Assembly: GCA_016176405.1 (NCBI GenBank)
Contig: JACOXG010000028.1
Span: 1 to 53,158 of the forward strand
Origin: Candidatus Daviesbacteria bacterium
Lineage (GTDB): Bacteria > Patescibacteriota > Microgenomatia > Daviesbacterales > UBA10151
Direction of reading: 5' to 3'
Length of the DNA stretch: 53,158 nucleotides
Part shown: piece after piece, positions 19,437 through 28,742 of the stretch
Position numbering within the stretch: position 1 is the stretch's first letter
How the letters are laid out: each line of letters starts with the position of its first letter
Translations under genes and position numbers: made by a program
The notes under the pieces: generated by a model
Told to the model about the DNA's origin: nothing
Database searches by the model: none
The model's input: the letters and a program-made list of their open reading frames with translations, nothing else

Positions 19437-21047
19437 ATGAAATATATTTTTGTATCTGGTGGTGTGATTAGTGGTATTGGTAAGGGCATAGCAACTGCCT
19501 CAATTGGTTTACTCCTAAAATCTGCAGGATATAAAATCTCTCCTTTAAAAATGGATCCTTATTTAAATGTTGATGCAGGTACCATGAATCCGATTGAACA
19601 TGGAGAAGTGTTTGTGTTAGATGATGGAGTAGAAACAGATCAGGATTTAGGTCATTATGAAAGATTCTTAAATGAAAGTTTAACCCGCGCCAATATTGCC
19701 ACTCAAGGAAGTATTTATCTTTCAGTCATACAGCGGGAAAGAAATTTAGAATATGATGGGGCTTTTGTGGATATTACCCATATTACAGAGGAAATTATCA
19801 GAAGAATTAATGAGGCAGGTAAAAGTCGGAATGCAGATATTGTCCTAATCGAAATTGGTGGAACTGCCGGAGAATATCAAAATGTTTTATTTCTTGAGGC
19901 GAACAGGCTGCTAAAACTTAAAAAACATGATGATGTCATTCATGTTCATATCACCTATTTACCAGTGCCGCCTTCAATTGGGGAAATGAAATCCAAACCA
20001 GCTCAGATGTCTATCAGAGATTTAAATGCTGTAGGAATTCAGCCAGACATAATTTTAGCAAGAGGCGAGAAACCAATTGATGAATTTAGAAAGAAAAAGT
20101 TGGCAATTTCCTCCGGCTTGGAATTAGAAGATATTATTTCTGCTCCAGATGTGAATTCTATTTATAAAGTGCCCATTGGTTTTGAAAATCAAAATTTATC
20201 AGAGAGAATTTTGGGAAAATTAAAATTAAAAAGAAAAGATAAAGATTTAAAAGAGTGGAGAGAGTTTGTTTCCAAAATTGATGCTGCTAAAAAGGTAGTT
20301 AAAATTGGGGTGGTTGGTAAATATTTTACTACAGGTGATTATACTTTGGCAGATTCTTATATTTCTGTCATTGAGGCCATCAAACATGCTGCCTGGACTC
20401 AAGGTTTTATTCCCAAGATTGTATGGCTGGACTCTGCCAAGGTTTTGGATGATGTTAGTTTACTGAAAGGTTTTCAGGGAATTATTGTGCCAGGAGGATT
20501 TGGTTCCAGAGATATTGAGGGAAAAATTTTAACCATTAAATATTGTCGGGAAAATAAAATTCCCTATTTTGGTTTATGCTATGGCATGCAACTGGCTTGT
20601 GTGGAATATGCCAGAAATGTTTTACATTTAACAGGAGCTCATACCACTGAAGTTGATCCCCAAACCAAATATCCGGTCATTCATATTATGCCCTCGCAAC
20701 AAAAGAAAATGTTAAATAGGGAATATGGGGGGACTATGAGGTTGGGGGCTTGGGATTGTGTTTTAAAAAAAGGCACTTTGGCTCATAAGCTATATGGGAA
20801 AGATAAAATTTCCGAAAGACATAGACACAGATTTGAGTTTAATAATCAGTTTCTGAAAAAGTTTTTAGGTGGCGGAATGGTGATATCTGGCACTACCCTG
20901 GATAAACAACTGGTGGAAATAATTGAACTAAAAGATCATCCATTTTTCATTGGTACTCAATTTCATCCAGAATTAAAATCCCGCCCCTTAGATCCTCATC
21001 CATTATATCTAGGTTTTATCAAAGCTGCTTCAGAAATAAAGGCGTGA
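19437..21047 (+). CDS. pyrG: CTP synthase
   Basis: MKYIFVSGGVISGIGKG, DPYLNVDAGTMNP, GLCYGMQ and QFHPE motifs. Confidence 0.98.
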   Translation: MKYIFVSGGVISGIGKGIATASIGLLLKSAGYKISPLKMDPYLNVDAGTMNPIEHGEVFVLDDGVETDQDLGHYERFLNESLTRANIATQGSIYLSVIQRERNLEYDGAFVDITHITEEIIRRINEAGKSRNADIVLIEIGGTAGEYQNVLFLEANRLLKLKKHDDVIHVHITYLPVPPSIGEMKSKPAQMSIRDLNAVGIQPDIILARGEKPIDEFRKKKLAISSGLELEDIISAPDVNSIYKVPIGFENQNLSERILGKLKLKRKDKDLKEWREFVSKIDAAKKVVKIGVVGKYFTTGDYTLADSYISVIEAIKHAAWTQGFIPKIVWLDSAKVLDDVSLLKGFQGIIVPGGFGSRDIEGKILTIKYCRENKIPYFGLCYGMQLACVEYARNVLHLTGAHTTEVDPQTKYPVIHIMPSQQKKMLNREYGGTMRLGAWDCVLKKGTLAHKLYGKDKISERHRHRFEFNNQFLKKFLGGGMVISGTTLDKQLVEIIELKDHPFFIGTQFHPELKSRPLDPHPLYLGFIKAASEIKA

Positions 21048-21090
21048 TATACTCACTTGAAATATTTCTCCTATAAGTTAAAGTCAAGTT

Positions 21091-21609
21091 ATGAAAAAGA
21101 AAAATAAGATAGTTTATGCCTTTATTGATAGTCAGAATTTAAACCTTGGAGTACTTTCGCAAGGTTGGCAACTTGATTGGCGTAAATTTAGACAGTATCT
21201 ACGCAATAAATATAACGCTACTGATACCTATCTTTTTATAGGTTACAAACCCGGTAATGAAGCATTGTATGCTAACCTACAGCAAATGGGCTATCTGGTA
21301 ATTCTTAAGCCCACGATGGAGTTACCGGATAAATCGGTAAAGGGTAATGTTGATGCAGAGTTAGTGTTGCATACCATGATTCAATATAAAAATTATGATA
21401 AAGCAATTATTGTTTCAGGCGACGGAGATTTTTTCTGCCTTGTGGAGTATCTTGAAAGTAAAAATAAGCTACTTCATATTTTGGCACCAAATAGAAGGTA
21501 CTCAAAACTTTTTAGCAAATATTCACGCTTGGTTATAAGAGTAGATCAATTGAGGGGTAGTTTAGAATTCAAAAAGAAAACTGGCATCGGCGGTCGGTCG
21601 AAACCTTAG
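21091..21609 (+). CDS. NYN-domain (LabA/DUF88-like, PIN-fold) putative ribonuclease
   Basis: AFIDSQNL, KGNVDAEL and IIVSGDGDF acidic motifs. Confidence 0.9.
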   Translation: MKKKNKIVYAFIDSQNLNLGVLSQGWQLDWRKFRQYLRNKYNATDTYLFIGYKPGNEALYANLQQMGYLVILKPTMELPDKSVKGNVDAELVLHTMIQYKNYDKAIIVSGDGDFFCLVEYLESKNKLLHILAPNRRYSKLFSKYSRLVIRVDQLRGSLEFKKKTGIGGRSKP

Positions 21610-21642
21610 GCCTATCCAGTCATCGTGATACATTTTATTATA
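21571..21642 (-). ncRNA. Candidate ~60-nt antisense small RNA (span includes its -10 box) overlapping the 3' end of the NYN gene
   Basis: Minus-strand TTGCTT-16-TATAAT with TGn extension, then a GC-rich hairpin (ACTGG...CCAGT, inner GGT-TTCG-ACC) and a TTTTCTTTTT tract. Confidence 0.5.
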
Positions 21643-21649
21643 GCACAAT

Positions 21650-22284
21650 ATGGATAAAAAGCAAGGTTTATTAATTGTTATTGATGGTTAAAAAAATATT
21701 TAAAAGAAAAAGATATTAAATTTGAAATAATTAGTTTTCCTCAGTATGGTAAAAATAGTTTTGCTAAAAAAGTTGAAGATTATTTAAAAGGAGAGTTTGG
21801 CAAATTAGATGAAGCAGATCCATATGTGATTGCAAAATTTTACGCTGGAGATAGATTAACTGCTAAGAATTTAATAAATAAATGGTTGCATCAAGGAAAA
21901 CTGGTGATAGCCAACAGATATGTATCATCCTCTAAGGCTCATCTTGGGGCTAACCTGCCCGAAAATAAAAGAGAAAAATTTTTTAAATGGCTGAATCAAT
22001 TGGAATATCAAAAAAATAATCTCCCCAAAGAAGATTTAACTATTCTTTTAATAGTTGATCCGAAAGTGGGCCAGAGAAATGTGATGGAGAAACACCATCT
22101 TGATCTTCATGAAAATGATTTAAATCATTTAAACAATGCCAATAAAATTTATTTAGATCTTTCTAAAAAAGAAAAAAATTGGGAGGTAATAAATTGTATG
22201 AATAAAGGAAAAATGAAATCTAAAGAAGATATTCAAAAGGATATCGTAAAAATACTACTTGAAAAAAAGCTGCCTGCAGAATAA
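21650..22284 (+). pseudogene. tmk: Thymidylate kinase, frameshifted with the P-loop deleted (possibly assembly artefact)
   Basis: MDKKQGLLIVIDG* then out-of-frame ISFPQYG...YAGDR...ANRYVSS; the GSGKxTQ segment is absent. Confidence 0.8.
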
Positions 22285-22298
22285 AGTATTCTAGTTTT

Positions 22299-22979
22299 AT
22301 GACAAAAAGAAATAACAAGATTCCTCGCTACGCTCGGAATGACATGGGGGGTGAAGATATTGTAGGCACCCTTCCTGATTGGGTCATTAAAGAATATATC
22401 AAAAAAGGCATTATAAAAATAAGTCCCTTACCTAAAAATTGGGAAGATAATGTGGATGGGGTGACTATTGATTTTCATTTGGGCAATAAACTGAGAGTTT
22501 TTACTGGGGATGGCTGGGATATTATTGATACCAAACACACTACCAAAGAAGAAATGGAATCGATGATGAAACTGATATTCTTAAAACCTGGCCAACCTTT
22601 TGTTTTATCTGATAAGGATTTTGTGATAGCCACCACCCAAGAAAAATTAACTTTACCAGATAATATTGTAGGACATCTTCATGGAAAATCTTCTTTGGCC
22701 AGACTGGGGATTGCAGTTCACTCAACTGCTGCCAGATTTGACCCGGGTTGGGATGGACATCCGGTTTTAGAATTTGGGACCTTTTTAAAAGGGAAAAGAG
22801 TGGTAATTTATGAGGGTTCCCCCATTTGTGCTTTTTCTTTTGAAAAATTAGCAGCATCAGTTAAAAGGCCTTATCATAAGAGCCCCCAAAATAGGTATGG
22901 AGGCTCTGATTTACCTGAGGTTTCTAATATAATGGGGAGGAAACCGGCTCGTCGCAGTACAAAGCACCGTTCAACTTAA
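22299..22979 (+). CDS. dcd: dCTP deaminase
   Basis: GKSSLARLG, DPGWDGHPVLE and PICAFSF motifs. Confidence 0.9.
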   Translation: MTKRNNKIPRYARNDMGGEDIVGTLPDWVIKEYIKKGIIKISPLPKNWEDNVDGVTIDFHLGNKLRVFTGDGWDIIDTKHTTKEEMESMMKLIFLKPGQPFVLSDKDFVIATTQEKLTLPDNIVGHLHGKSSLARLGIAVHSTAARFDPGWDGHPVLEFGTFLKGKRVVIYEGSPICAFSFEKLAASVKRPYHKSPQNRYGGSDLPEVSNIMGRKPARRSTKHRST

Positions 22980-22984
22980 TTTTT

Positions 22985-23092
22985 AGATGTGAGAAGTTGG
23001 ATGTGTGAAGATAGATAATGATGTGAGAAGTGAGACTATTCACACATCACATTTCAATAATCCATATTCACATTTCGCACTTCCCATTTCAA
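22985..23092. repeat. Intergenic converging 7-bp-period arrays
   Basis: gatgtgagaagttggatgtgtga...gatgtgagaagtgaga followed by inverted cacacatcacatttc...tcacatttcgcacttcccatttc. Confidence 0.75.
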
Positions 23093-23098
23093 AAGTAT

Positions 23099-23570
23099 AT
23101 GTCAGTATTTAAGACTGGGGTCAGTTTATAAAATTGTTAGTGGTGGGGCTTTTATAGAAGGGGATAACGAAAAGGGTTTAGGGAAAAGAAAAGGTGTTAA
23201 AACAGAAATTTTGGCAAAGTTTAAAAAGGGAAAAAGGAAACAGGAATGGGCTACTATAAAACCAGGAGATTATTATCTTGTATCAACTTTAGAAATTATC
23301 AATACCCCAAAAGATCTGATGCCACTTATTTTTCCTCGGACCTCACTATTTAGGGCCGGTCTCTTACTGTTGAATTCAAAAACTGATCCTGGATATAAAG
23401 GTCCTTTAGCAATGGGACTAAAAAATTTGTCAGAATTTGATGTAAAGTTACAAATTGGTGCCAGAATTTGTAACATTGTTTTTTATAAAATTGAAGGGCA
23501 AACAACTCTCTATCGAGGGCAACATCAAGGTGGTAGAATAAGTCCTCATGAAGAAGAACAACAGGTTTAG
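23099..23570 (+). pseudogene. Second dCTP deaminase/dUTPase-family gene with N-terminal deletion/frameshift
   Basis: PRTSLFRAG, DPGYKG and YRGQHQGG motifs; ATG at 23099 is out of frame with LRLGSVYKI. Confidence 0.7.
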
Positions 23571-23718
23571 AAGCCGGCTCGTCTGGTCAAAAAGCACCGT
23601 TCGACTACTATATCTGAAACATTTAGTTTATTCTCTAGTCTCACTATGGGAAAGTTTTGTGACGAGTAGCTGCACACAAAACTTTCTAATTGCTTTTATG
23701 ACTCAGACTTCGCCGCCT
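23571..23718. repeat. ~145-bp structured intergenic repeat, copy 2
   Basis: Nearly identical to copy 3 outside one variable hairpin. Confidence 0.92.
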
Positions 23719-23735
23719 ATTAATAACGTTAAGAA

Positions 23736-24731
23736 ATGAGAAAGCAAAAACATCCTGAATACCAATATTTAGATTTATTAAAAGACATCATGAAAAATGG
23801 TGTAGACAAACCTGTTTTTAATAATCCAGGAGTAACTATAAAATCTGTTTTTGGTAGACAAATTCGATTTGATTTAAAAAAAGGTTTTCCACTTTTAACC
23901 ACCAAAAAAGTTTTTTTAAGGGGAATTATTCATGAATTACTTTGGTTTTTAAAAGGAGATTCTAATATTAAATATTTAATTGATCAAGACGTTCACATCT
24001 GGGATGAATGGGCATATAAGCGCTTCAAAGAAGCGCAAAATTTAAAATTTAAAATTTCAAATTTAAAATTGAAAGGATATTTTAAAACAATAAAAACTCA
24101 AGAACAATTTATTGCAAAAATAAAAGAACTTCCAGCTCATGATAAGTTTGTTAGAGAATGGGGGGATTTGGGAAATGTTTATGGAGTACAATGGAGAAAA
24201 TGGAAAACATCAGATGGAAGAGTAATTGATCAGATGGCCTGGGCCATTGAAAAATTAAGAAAAACTCCTTTAAGAAAACATATTATTATTTCTGCTTGGA
24301 ATCCTGAATTTATTTATGAGATGGCACTCCCTGGAAAATCCATGGCTCTTCCTCCTTGTCACACTTTATTTCAGCTAAATGTCAATGATAAAAATGAATT
24401 ATCACTTCATCTGTTCCAGAGGAGCTCTGATCTTTTTTTGGGTGTGCCATTTAATATTGCCTCCTATGCATTATTAACAATGATGATTGCTCAAGTAACT
24501 AATTTAAAAGTTGGGGAATATGTACATACTTTTGGCGATGTGCATATATATAGTAATCATATGGATCAGGTAAAAGAGCAATTAAAAAGAAAACCAAGGT
24601 CATTTCCTAAAATGAAATTAAATCCTAAAGTTAAAAATATTGATGAGTTTAAATTAGAGGATTTTGAGCTAACAGGTTATAATCCTTATCCTCCTATTAA
24701 AGCTCAAGTTACTGTAGTAGGAGGATTTTAA
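23736..24731 (+). CDS. thyA: Thymidylate synthase
   Basis: FPLLTTKK, ELLWFLKG, ALPPCH and QRSSDLFLGVPFN motifs. Confidence 0.98.
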   Translation: MRKQKHPEYQYLDLLKDIMKNGVDKPVFNNPGVTIKSVFGRQIRFDLKKGFPLLTTKKVFLRGIIHELLWFLKGDSNIKYLIDQDVHIWDEWAYKRFKEAQNLKFKISNLKLKGYFKTIKTQEQFIAKIKELPAHDKFVREWGDLGNVYGVQWRKWKTSDGRVIDQMAWAIEKLRKTPLRKHIIISAWNPEFIYEMALPGKSMALPPCHTLFQLNVNDKNELSLHLFQRSSDLFLGVPFNIASYALLTMMIAQVTNLKVGEYVHTFGDVHIYSNHMDQVKEQLKRKPRSFPKMKLNPKVKNIDEFKLEDFELTGYNPYPPIKAQVTVVGGF

Positions 24732-25225
24732 TGAGTAAAATTAATATTGTGGTCGCAGCTGCTGGAAAAAAAAGAGTCATTGGTCAAAAAGGAAAACTGC
24801 CTTGGTATATCCCAAATGAGCTAAAAAGATTTAAAGAAATTACCATGGGACACCCAATAATTATGGGCAGAAAAACTCATGAATCCATTGGTAGAGTTTT
24901 ACCTGGAAGGACAAACATTGTGATAACTTCTCAAGAAAATTATTCAGCCCCGGGATGTAAAGTTGCTCACAATTTAGATGAAGCCCTTCGACTCGCTACG
25001 CTCGCTCAGGGCAATGACGAAATATTCGTCATTGGTGGAGGGCAAATTTATGAACAAGCAATGCAAGTTACCAATAAATTATATTTAACATATGTGGATA
25101 AAGAAATAGAAGGAGATACCTTTTTCCCAGATTATTCAGAGTTTAAAAAAGTAGTTTCTGAATCAAACTGGCAACATGATAAAGATTTAAGATACAAATT
25201 CTTAGAGCTGGAAAGATATAGATGA
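24731..25225 (+). CDS. folA: Dihydrofolate reductase
   Basis: LPWYIP, IMGRKT, LPGRTNIV, VIGGGQIY and GDTFFP motifs. Confidence 0.97.
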   Translation: MSKINIVVAAAGKKRVIGQKGKLPWYIPNELKRFKEITMGHPIIMGRKTHESIGRVLPGRTNIVITSQENYSAPGCKVAHNLDEALRLATLAQGNDEIFVIGGGQIYEQAMQVTNKLYLTYVDKEIEGDTFFPDYSEFKKVVSESNWQHDKDLRYKFLELERYR

Positions 25226-25238
25226 GAAGTCCGAAAAT

Positions 25239-25448
25239 TTAACCATGTGGAATTTTTAATTCCCGCTCTCCTCCTGTTAGAGGATTATATTCAATCGGTC
25301 TTCTCTCACCATTCTTTATGTTGAAATATCGTATTGTGGGATCCGCCGCAATAGTTATAGGTTCACCACGTTCTCCTTTTAAATTACCCCCAGGGTATGT
25401 TCTACCAACAATAATTTTGCCTTTTTCTACTCCAGTCTCACAAATCAT
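25239..25448 (-). CDS. Small hypothetical protein
   Basis: 69-aa ORF filling the gap between folA and the rpsB promoter. Confidence 0.45.
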   Translation of the reverse strand: MICETGVEKGKIIVGRTYPGGNLKGERGEPITIAADPTIRYFNIKNGERRPIEYNPLTGGERELKIPHG

Positions 25449-25482
25449 TGAGTATAGTGTATCATGTTATGTCAACTGTGAC

Positions 25483-25583
25483 TTGATTTAAGGTGGGTAC
25501 GTTGTTAAAATATGCTCCATTACACATCTATCAGCTTAAGTTTTCCTGAAACTATATTGCTGATAGAGAGGAACAAGGAAAAC
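25483..25583 (+). promoter_or_regulatory. rpsB promoter and structured 5' leader
   Basis: TTGATT-17-TAAAAT; stem TCTATCAGC/GCTGATAGA; internal GTTTTCCT complementary to AGGAAAAC before the ATG. Confidence 0.65.
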
Positions 25584-26423
25584 ATGATTAAGCTCCCAAC
25601 ATTGGAAGAGTTATTAGAAGCAGGTGTTCATTTTGGACATCAGGTGCGTCGTGGCCACCCCAGGATGAAACCATATATTTATGGAGCCAGAGACGGAGTT
25701 CATATTATTGATTTAACCCAATCTGAAAAACTTTTAAAAGAGGCCGGTGAGTTTGTTTATAATTTGGGAATGATGGGCAAGGTATTACTTTTTGTGGGTA
25801 CCAAAAAACAAGCCAGACCAATTGTGGAGGGGGCTTCTAAAAATTTAGAAGCACCATACTTGGTGGAAAGATGGATTGGCGGGTTTTTGACCAATTTTGA
25901 AGAGGTCCAAAAAAATATCAAAAAATTAAAAGAGTTAAGAGATCAAAAGACAAAGGGAGAACTTAAAAAATATACAAAAAAAGAACAACTGCTGCTTGAT
26001 AGAAAAATTGCCAAAATGGATAAAGATTTTGTGGGGGTTTTGAATTTGGAAAATCTACCTGATGCTGTTTTTGTCAGTGATGCTGTGACAGAAAATATTG
26101 CTGTCAGAGAGGCCAACAGAATGGGGATACCTGTGGTGGCTATTGCAGATTCTAATTGTAATCCCACTGAGATTGATTACCCAATTGCTGGTAACGATGA
26201 TGCCATCAAATCTATTAAAATATTAGTAGAAGCTGTGGCCAATGCTTATGGGGAGGGTAAAAAAGAAGCTGGGAAGGCATTAGCCAGAGCAGCTAAAAAG
26301 GCGGAGAAAGAAGCTGCCAAAGGAGAGGAAGAAGTGCCGGAAGTATTAAAGGAGGAGGTGGCAGCAGCGGAGGAGATGGTGGAAAAAAAGGCTATTAAGG
26401 ATGCAGAAAGAGTGGTGGAATAG
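25584..26423 (+). CDS. rpsB: 30S ribosomal protein S2
   Basis: LLEAGVHFGH, FVGTKKQA and PIAGNDDAIKS motifs; start MIKLP. Confidence 0.98.
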   Translation: MIKLPTLEELLEAGVHFGHQVRRGHPRMKPYIYGARDGVHIIDLTQSEKLLKEAGEFVYNLGMMGKVLLFVGTKKQARPIVEGASKNLEAPYLVERWIGGFLTNFEEVQKNIKKLKELRDQKTKGELKKYTKKEQLLLDRKIAKMDKDFVGVLNLENLPDAVFVSDAVTENIAVREANRMGIPVVAIADSNCNPTEIDYPIAGNDDAIKSIKILVEAVANAYGEGKKEAGKALARAAKKAEKEAAKGEEEVPEVLKEEVAAAEEMVEKKAIKDAERVVE

Positions 26424-26570
26424 AGCCAGCTCGTCTGGTCAAAAAGCACCGCTCGACTAGTAATACCGAATCATTAAGGGTATTTTCTAGTCTCACTATG
26501 GGAAAATTTTGTGACGAGTAGCTGCACACAAAACTTTCTAATTGCTTTTATGACTCAGACTTCGCTGTCT
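26424..26570. repeat. ~145-bp structured intergenic repeat, copy 3
   Basis: Between rpsB and tsf; aligns with copies 1 and 2. Confidence 0.92.
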
Positions 26571-26578
26571 TTGAATAT

Positions 26579-27031
26579 ATGAATATAAAAGACATTAAAA
26601 AACTTAGAGAACAGACTGGGGTTGGGATTGCCGACTGCAAGGAGGCCCTGAGCTTGTCGAAGGGCAATCTAGAAAAAGCTAAAGAGTGGTTAAAGAAAAA
26701 GGGTTTGGATAAGGCTGCTAAAAAAGCTGATAGAGAAGTAAGAGCTGGGGTGGTTGATGTTTATTCTCATAATGGTAAAGTGGGAGTATTGGTTGAAGTC
26801 TTATGTGAGACAGATTTTGTGGCGAGAACTGAAGATTTTAAAAATTTGGCACATGAGTTATCTTTACAAATTGCTTCCATGAATCCTTCTTCAGCGGAAG
26901 AGTTACTCTCTCAAGAATATATAAGGGATGCCACCCAAACAGTGGATCAACTAATCAAGGGTGTTTCTGGCAAATTAGGAGAAAATATCCAAGTTGGCAG
27001 ATTTGAAAGAATTGTACTAGGAGAGGGTTAA
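26579..27031 (+). CDS. tsf: Elongation factor Ts, short form
   Basis: IKKLREQTG, CETDFVAR and GENIQVGRF motifs. Confidence 0.95.
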   Translation: MNIKDIKKLREQTGVGIADCKEALSLSKGNLEKAKEWLKKKGLDKAAKKADREVRAGVVDVYSHNGKVGVLVEVLCETDFVARTEDFKNLAHELSLQIASMNPSSAEELLSQEYIRDATQTVDQLIKGVSGKLGENIQVGRFERIVLGEG

Positions 27032-27032
27032 G

Positions 27033-27587
27033 ATGGATCCTATATTAACTGAGCCTAGTCAAAGAATAGAAGATTCCCTGCACCATTTTAAGATGGAGAT
27101 TGCAGGAATTAGGGCAGGGAGAGCAAATCCTGCACTAATAGAAAATATTCCAGTAGATGCATACGGGGGTAAAATGAAACTGATTGAGGTAGGTAATATT
27201 TCTGCTCCCCAACCAACCCTTTTAACAGTGCAAGTTTGGGATGCCTCTATTTTGGATAAGGTTATCAAATCCATTCAAGAAGCCAACATTGGCTTGAATC
27301 CATCAAATGAAGGTACCTTAATTCGTTTGCCTATTCCTCCTTTGACTGAGGAAAGAAGAGTGGAATTTATTAAACTTTTACACCAAAAAATGGAAGAGGG
27401 TAGAGTTTCCATCAGAGGAATCAGACAGGAGTTTAGAAATCTTTGGAAACAATCACAAGAGAGTGGAGAAATTGGAGAGGACGAATTTTTTAGAAGAGAA
27501 AAATTGTTACAAGAGTTAGTAGATAAAAAAATGGCGGAGGTGGAAAATTTGGGAAAAGCTAAGGAAGATGAATTGACTCAGATATAA
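27033..27587 (+). CDS. frr: Ribosome recycling factor
   Basis: IRAGRANP, GLNPSNEG and PPLTEERR motifs. Confidence 0.96.
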   Translation: MDPILTEPSQRIEDSLHHFKMEIAGIRAGRANPALIENIPVDAYGGKMKLIEVGNISAPQPTLLTVQVWDASILDKVIKSIQEANIGLNPSNEGTLIRLPIPPLTEERRVEFIKLLHQKMEEGRVSIRGIRQEFRNLWKQSQESGEIGEDEFFRREKLLQELVDKKMAEVENLGKAKEDELTQI

Positions 27588-28723
27588 TGATTATTTCAAT
27601 CATAATTTTTATAATAACCTTATTAGTCTTAGTCCTCATCCATGAGCTAGGTCATTTCTTACTAGCCAAAAAATTTAATATCAAAGTTTTGGAGTTTGGT
27701 TTTGGTATTCCTCCCCGGGCTTGGGGTAAAAAAATTGGTGAGACAATTTATTCTGTTAACTGGTTACCTCTTGGTGGATTTGTCAGACTTTTAGGAGAAG
27801 ATGAGGTCGATAAAGAAACTTTAGAGGACAAAAGATCTTTCTCGGCTCAAAGTGTTTCAAAAAGAATTCTGGTGGTGGTGGCAGGAGTCAGCATGACTCT
27901 AATTTTTGCCTGGCTACTTTTTTATATAGTTTTAGGATTTGGCGGATTTAAAACTCAAATTCCTCTGATTTTGGAGCATCAATTTACTGGGGTGGTGCAA
28001 AAAGAAGAATCCTTTGTAGTGATTGCTCAAGTTGCCAAAGATTCTCCAGCAGAGGGTGCAGGTATTAAATCAGGCGAAAGAGTTGTTTCCATCAACGAAG
28101 AGATGATTGAGGATGATAGACAATTGGTAGAGAAAACCAAAAGCTTGGCAGGTGCGGAAATTGAACTTAAACTTGCCGATTTACAAAATAAACAGACTCA
28201 CACTATCAGAGTTACACCCAGATTAAATCCACCTGAAGGGGAAGGTCCGTTAGGGATAGCCCTGATGCAATTTGAATTGGCAAATTTGGAATTCCAAACT
28301 CCCTTACAGAAAATTTTTTCTGCACCTATTCATTCTTGGAACTTAGTGGCATATTCATCCAAAATATTTTCCAAACTAATTTCCCAATCTTTAGCTCAAA
28401 AAGATGTGGAACCTCTGTCAAAATCAGTGGCAGGTCCAGTAGGAATAACTTCTTTAGCAAATACCATTCTAACATCCACCGATTCACCCTTTTTGCCATA
28501 TCTTGATTTTGTGGCCATTCTTTCACTTAATTTGGCAGTAATCAATCTTTTGCCAATCCCTGCTTTGGATGGAGGAAGACTGATTTTTTTGATGATTGAG
28601 GCCGTCACTAGAAAAAGAGTTCATGCCAAGGTAGAAAAATGGATTCATACGGTAGGAATGGCTCTACTTTTGACCTTGGCTATTCTGATTACTTTTTCCG
28701 ATATCAAAAAAATACTCTATTAA
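27587..28723 (+). CDS. rseP: RIP metalloprotease RseP (M50, PDZ domain)
   Basis: HELGH, PLGGFV and NLLPIPALDGG motifs. Confidence 0.95.
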   Translation: MIISIIIFIITLLVLVLIHELGHFLLAKKFNIKVLEFGFGIPPRAWGKKIGETIYSVNWLPLGGFVRLLGEDEVDKETLEDKRSFSAQSVSKRILVVVAGVSMTLIFAWLLFYIVLGFGGFKTQIPLILEHQFTGVVQKEESFVVIAQVAKDSPAEGAGIKSGERVVSINEEMIEDDRQLVEKTKSLAGAEIELKLADLQNKQTHTIRVTPRLNPPEGEGPLGIALMQFELANLEFQTPLQKIFSAPIHSWNLVAYSSKIFSKLISQSLAQKDVEPLSKSVAGPVGITSLANTILTSTDSPFLPYLDFVAILSLNLAVINLLPIPALDGGRLIFLMIEAVTRKRVHAKVEKWIHTVGMALLLTLAILITFSDIKKILY

Positions 28724-28742
28724 TTTTTCTGTTATAGTAGAA

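Noticed and set aside
23548-23739. 63-aa ORF between the second dcd and thyA
   Set aside because: Coincides with copy 2 of the 145-bp repeat; no equivalent ORF is listed at the other copies
27031-27033. Absence of pyrH between tsf and frr
   Set aside because: The gene may lie elsewhere or be lost in reduced genomes; not assessable from this window
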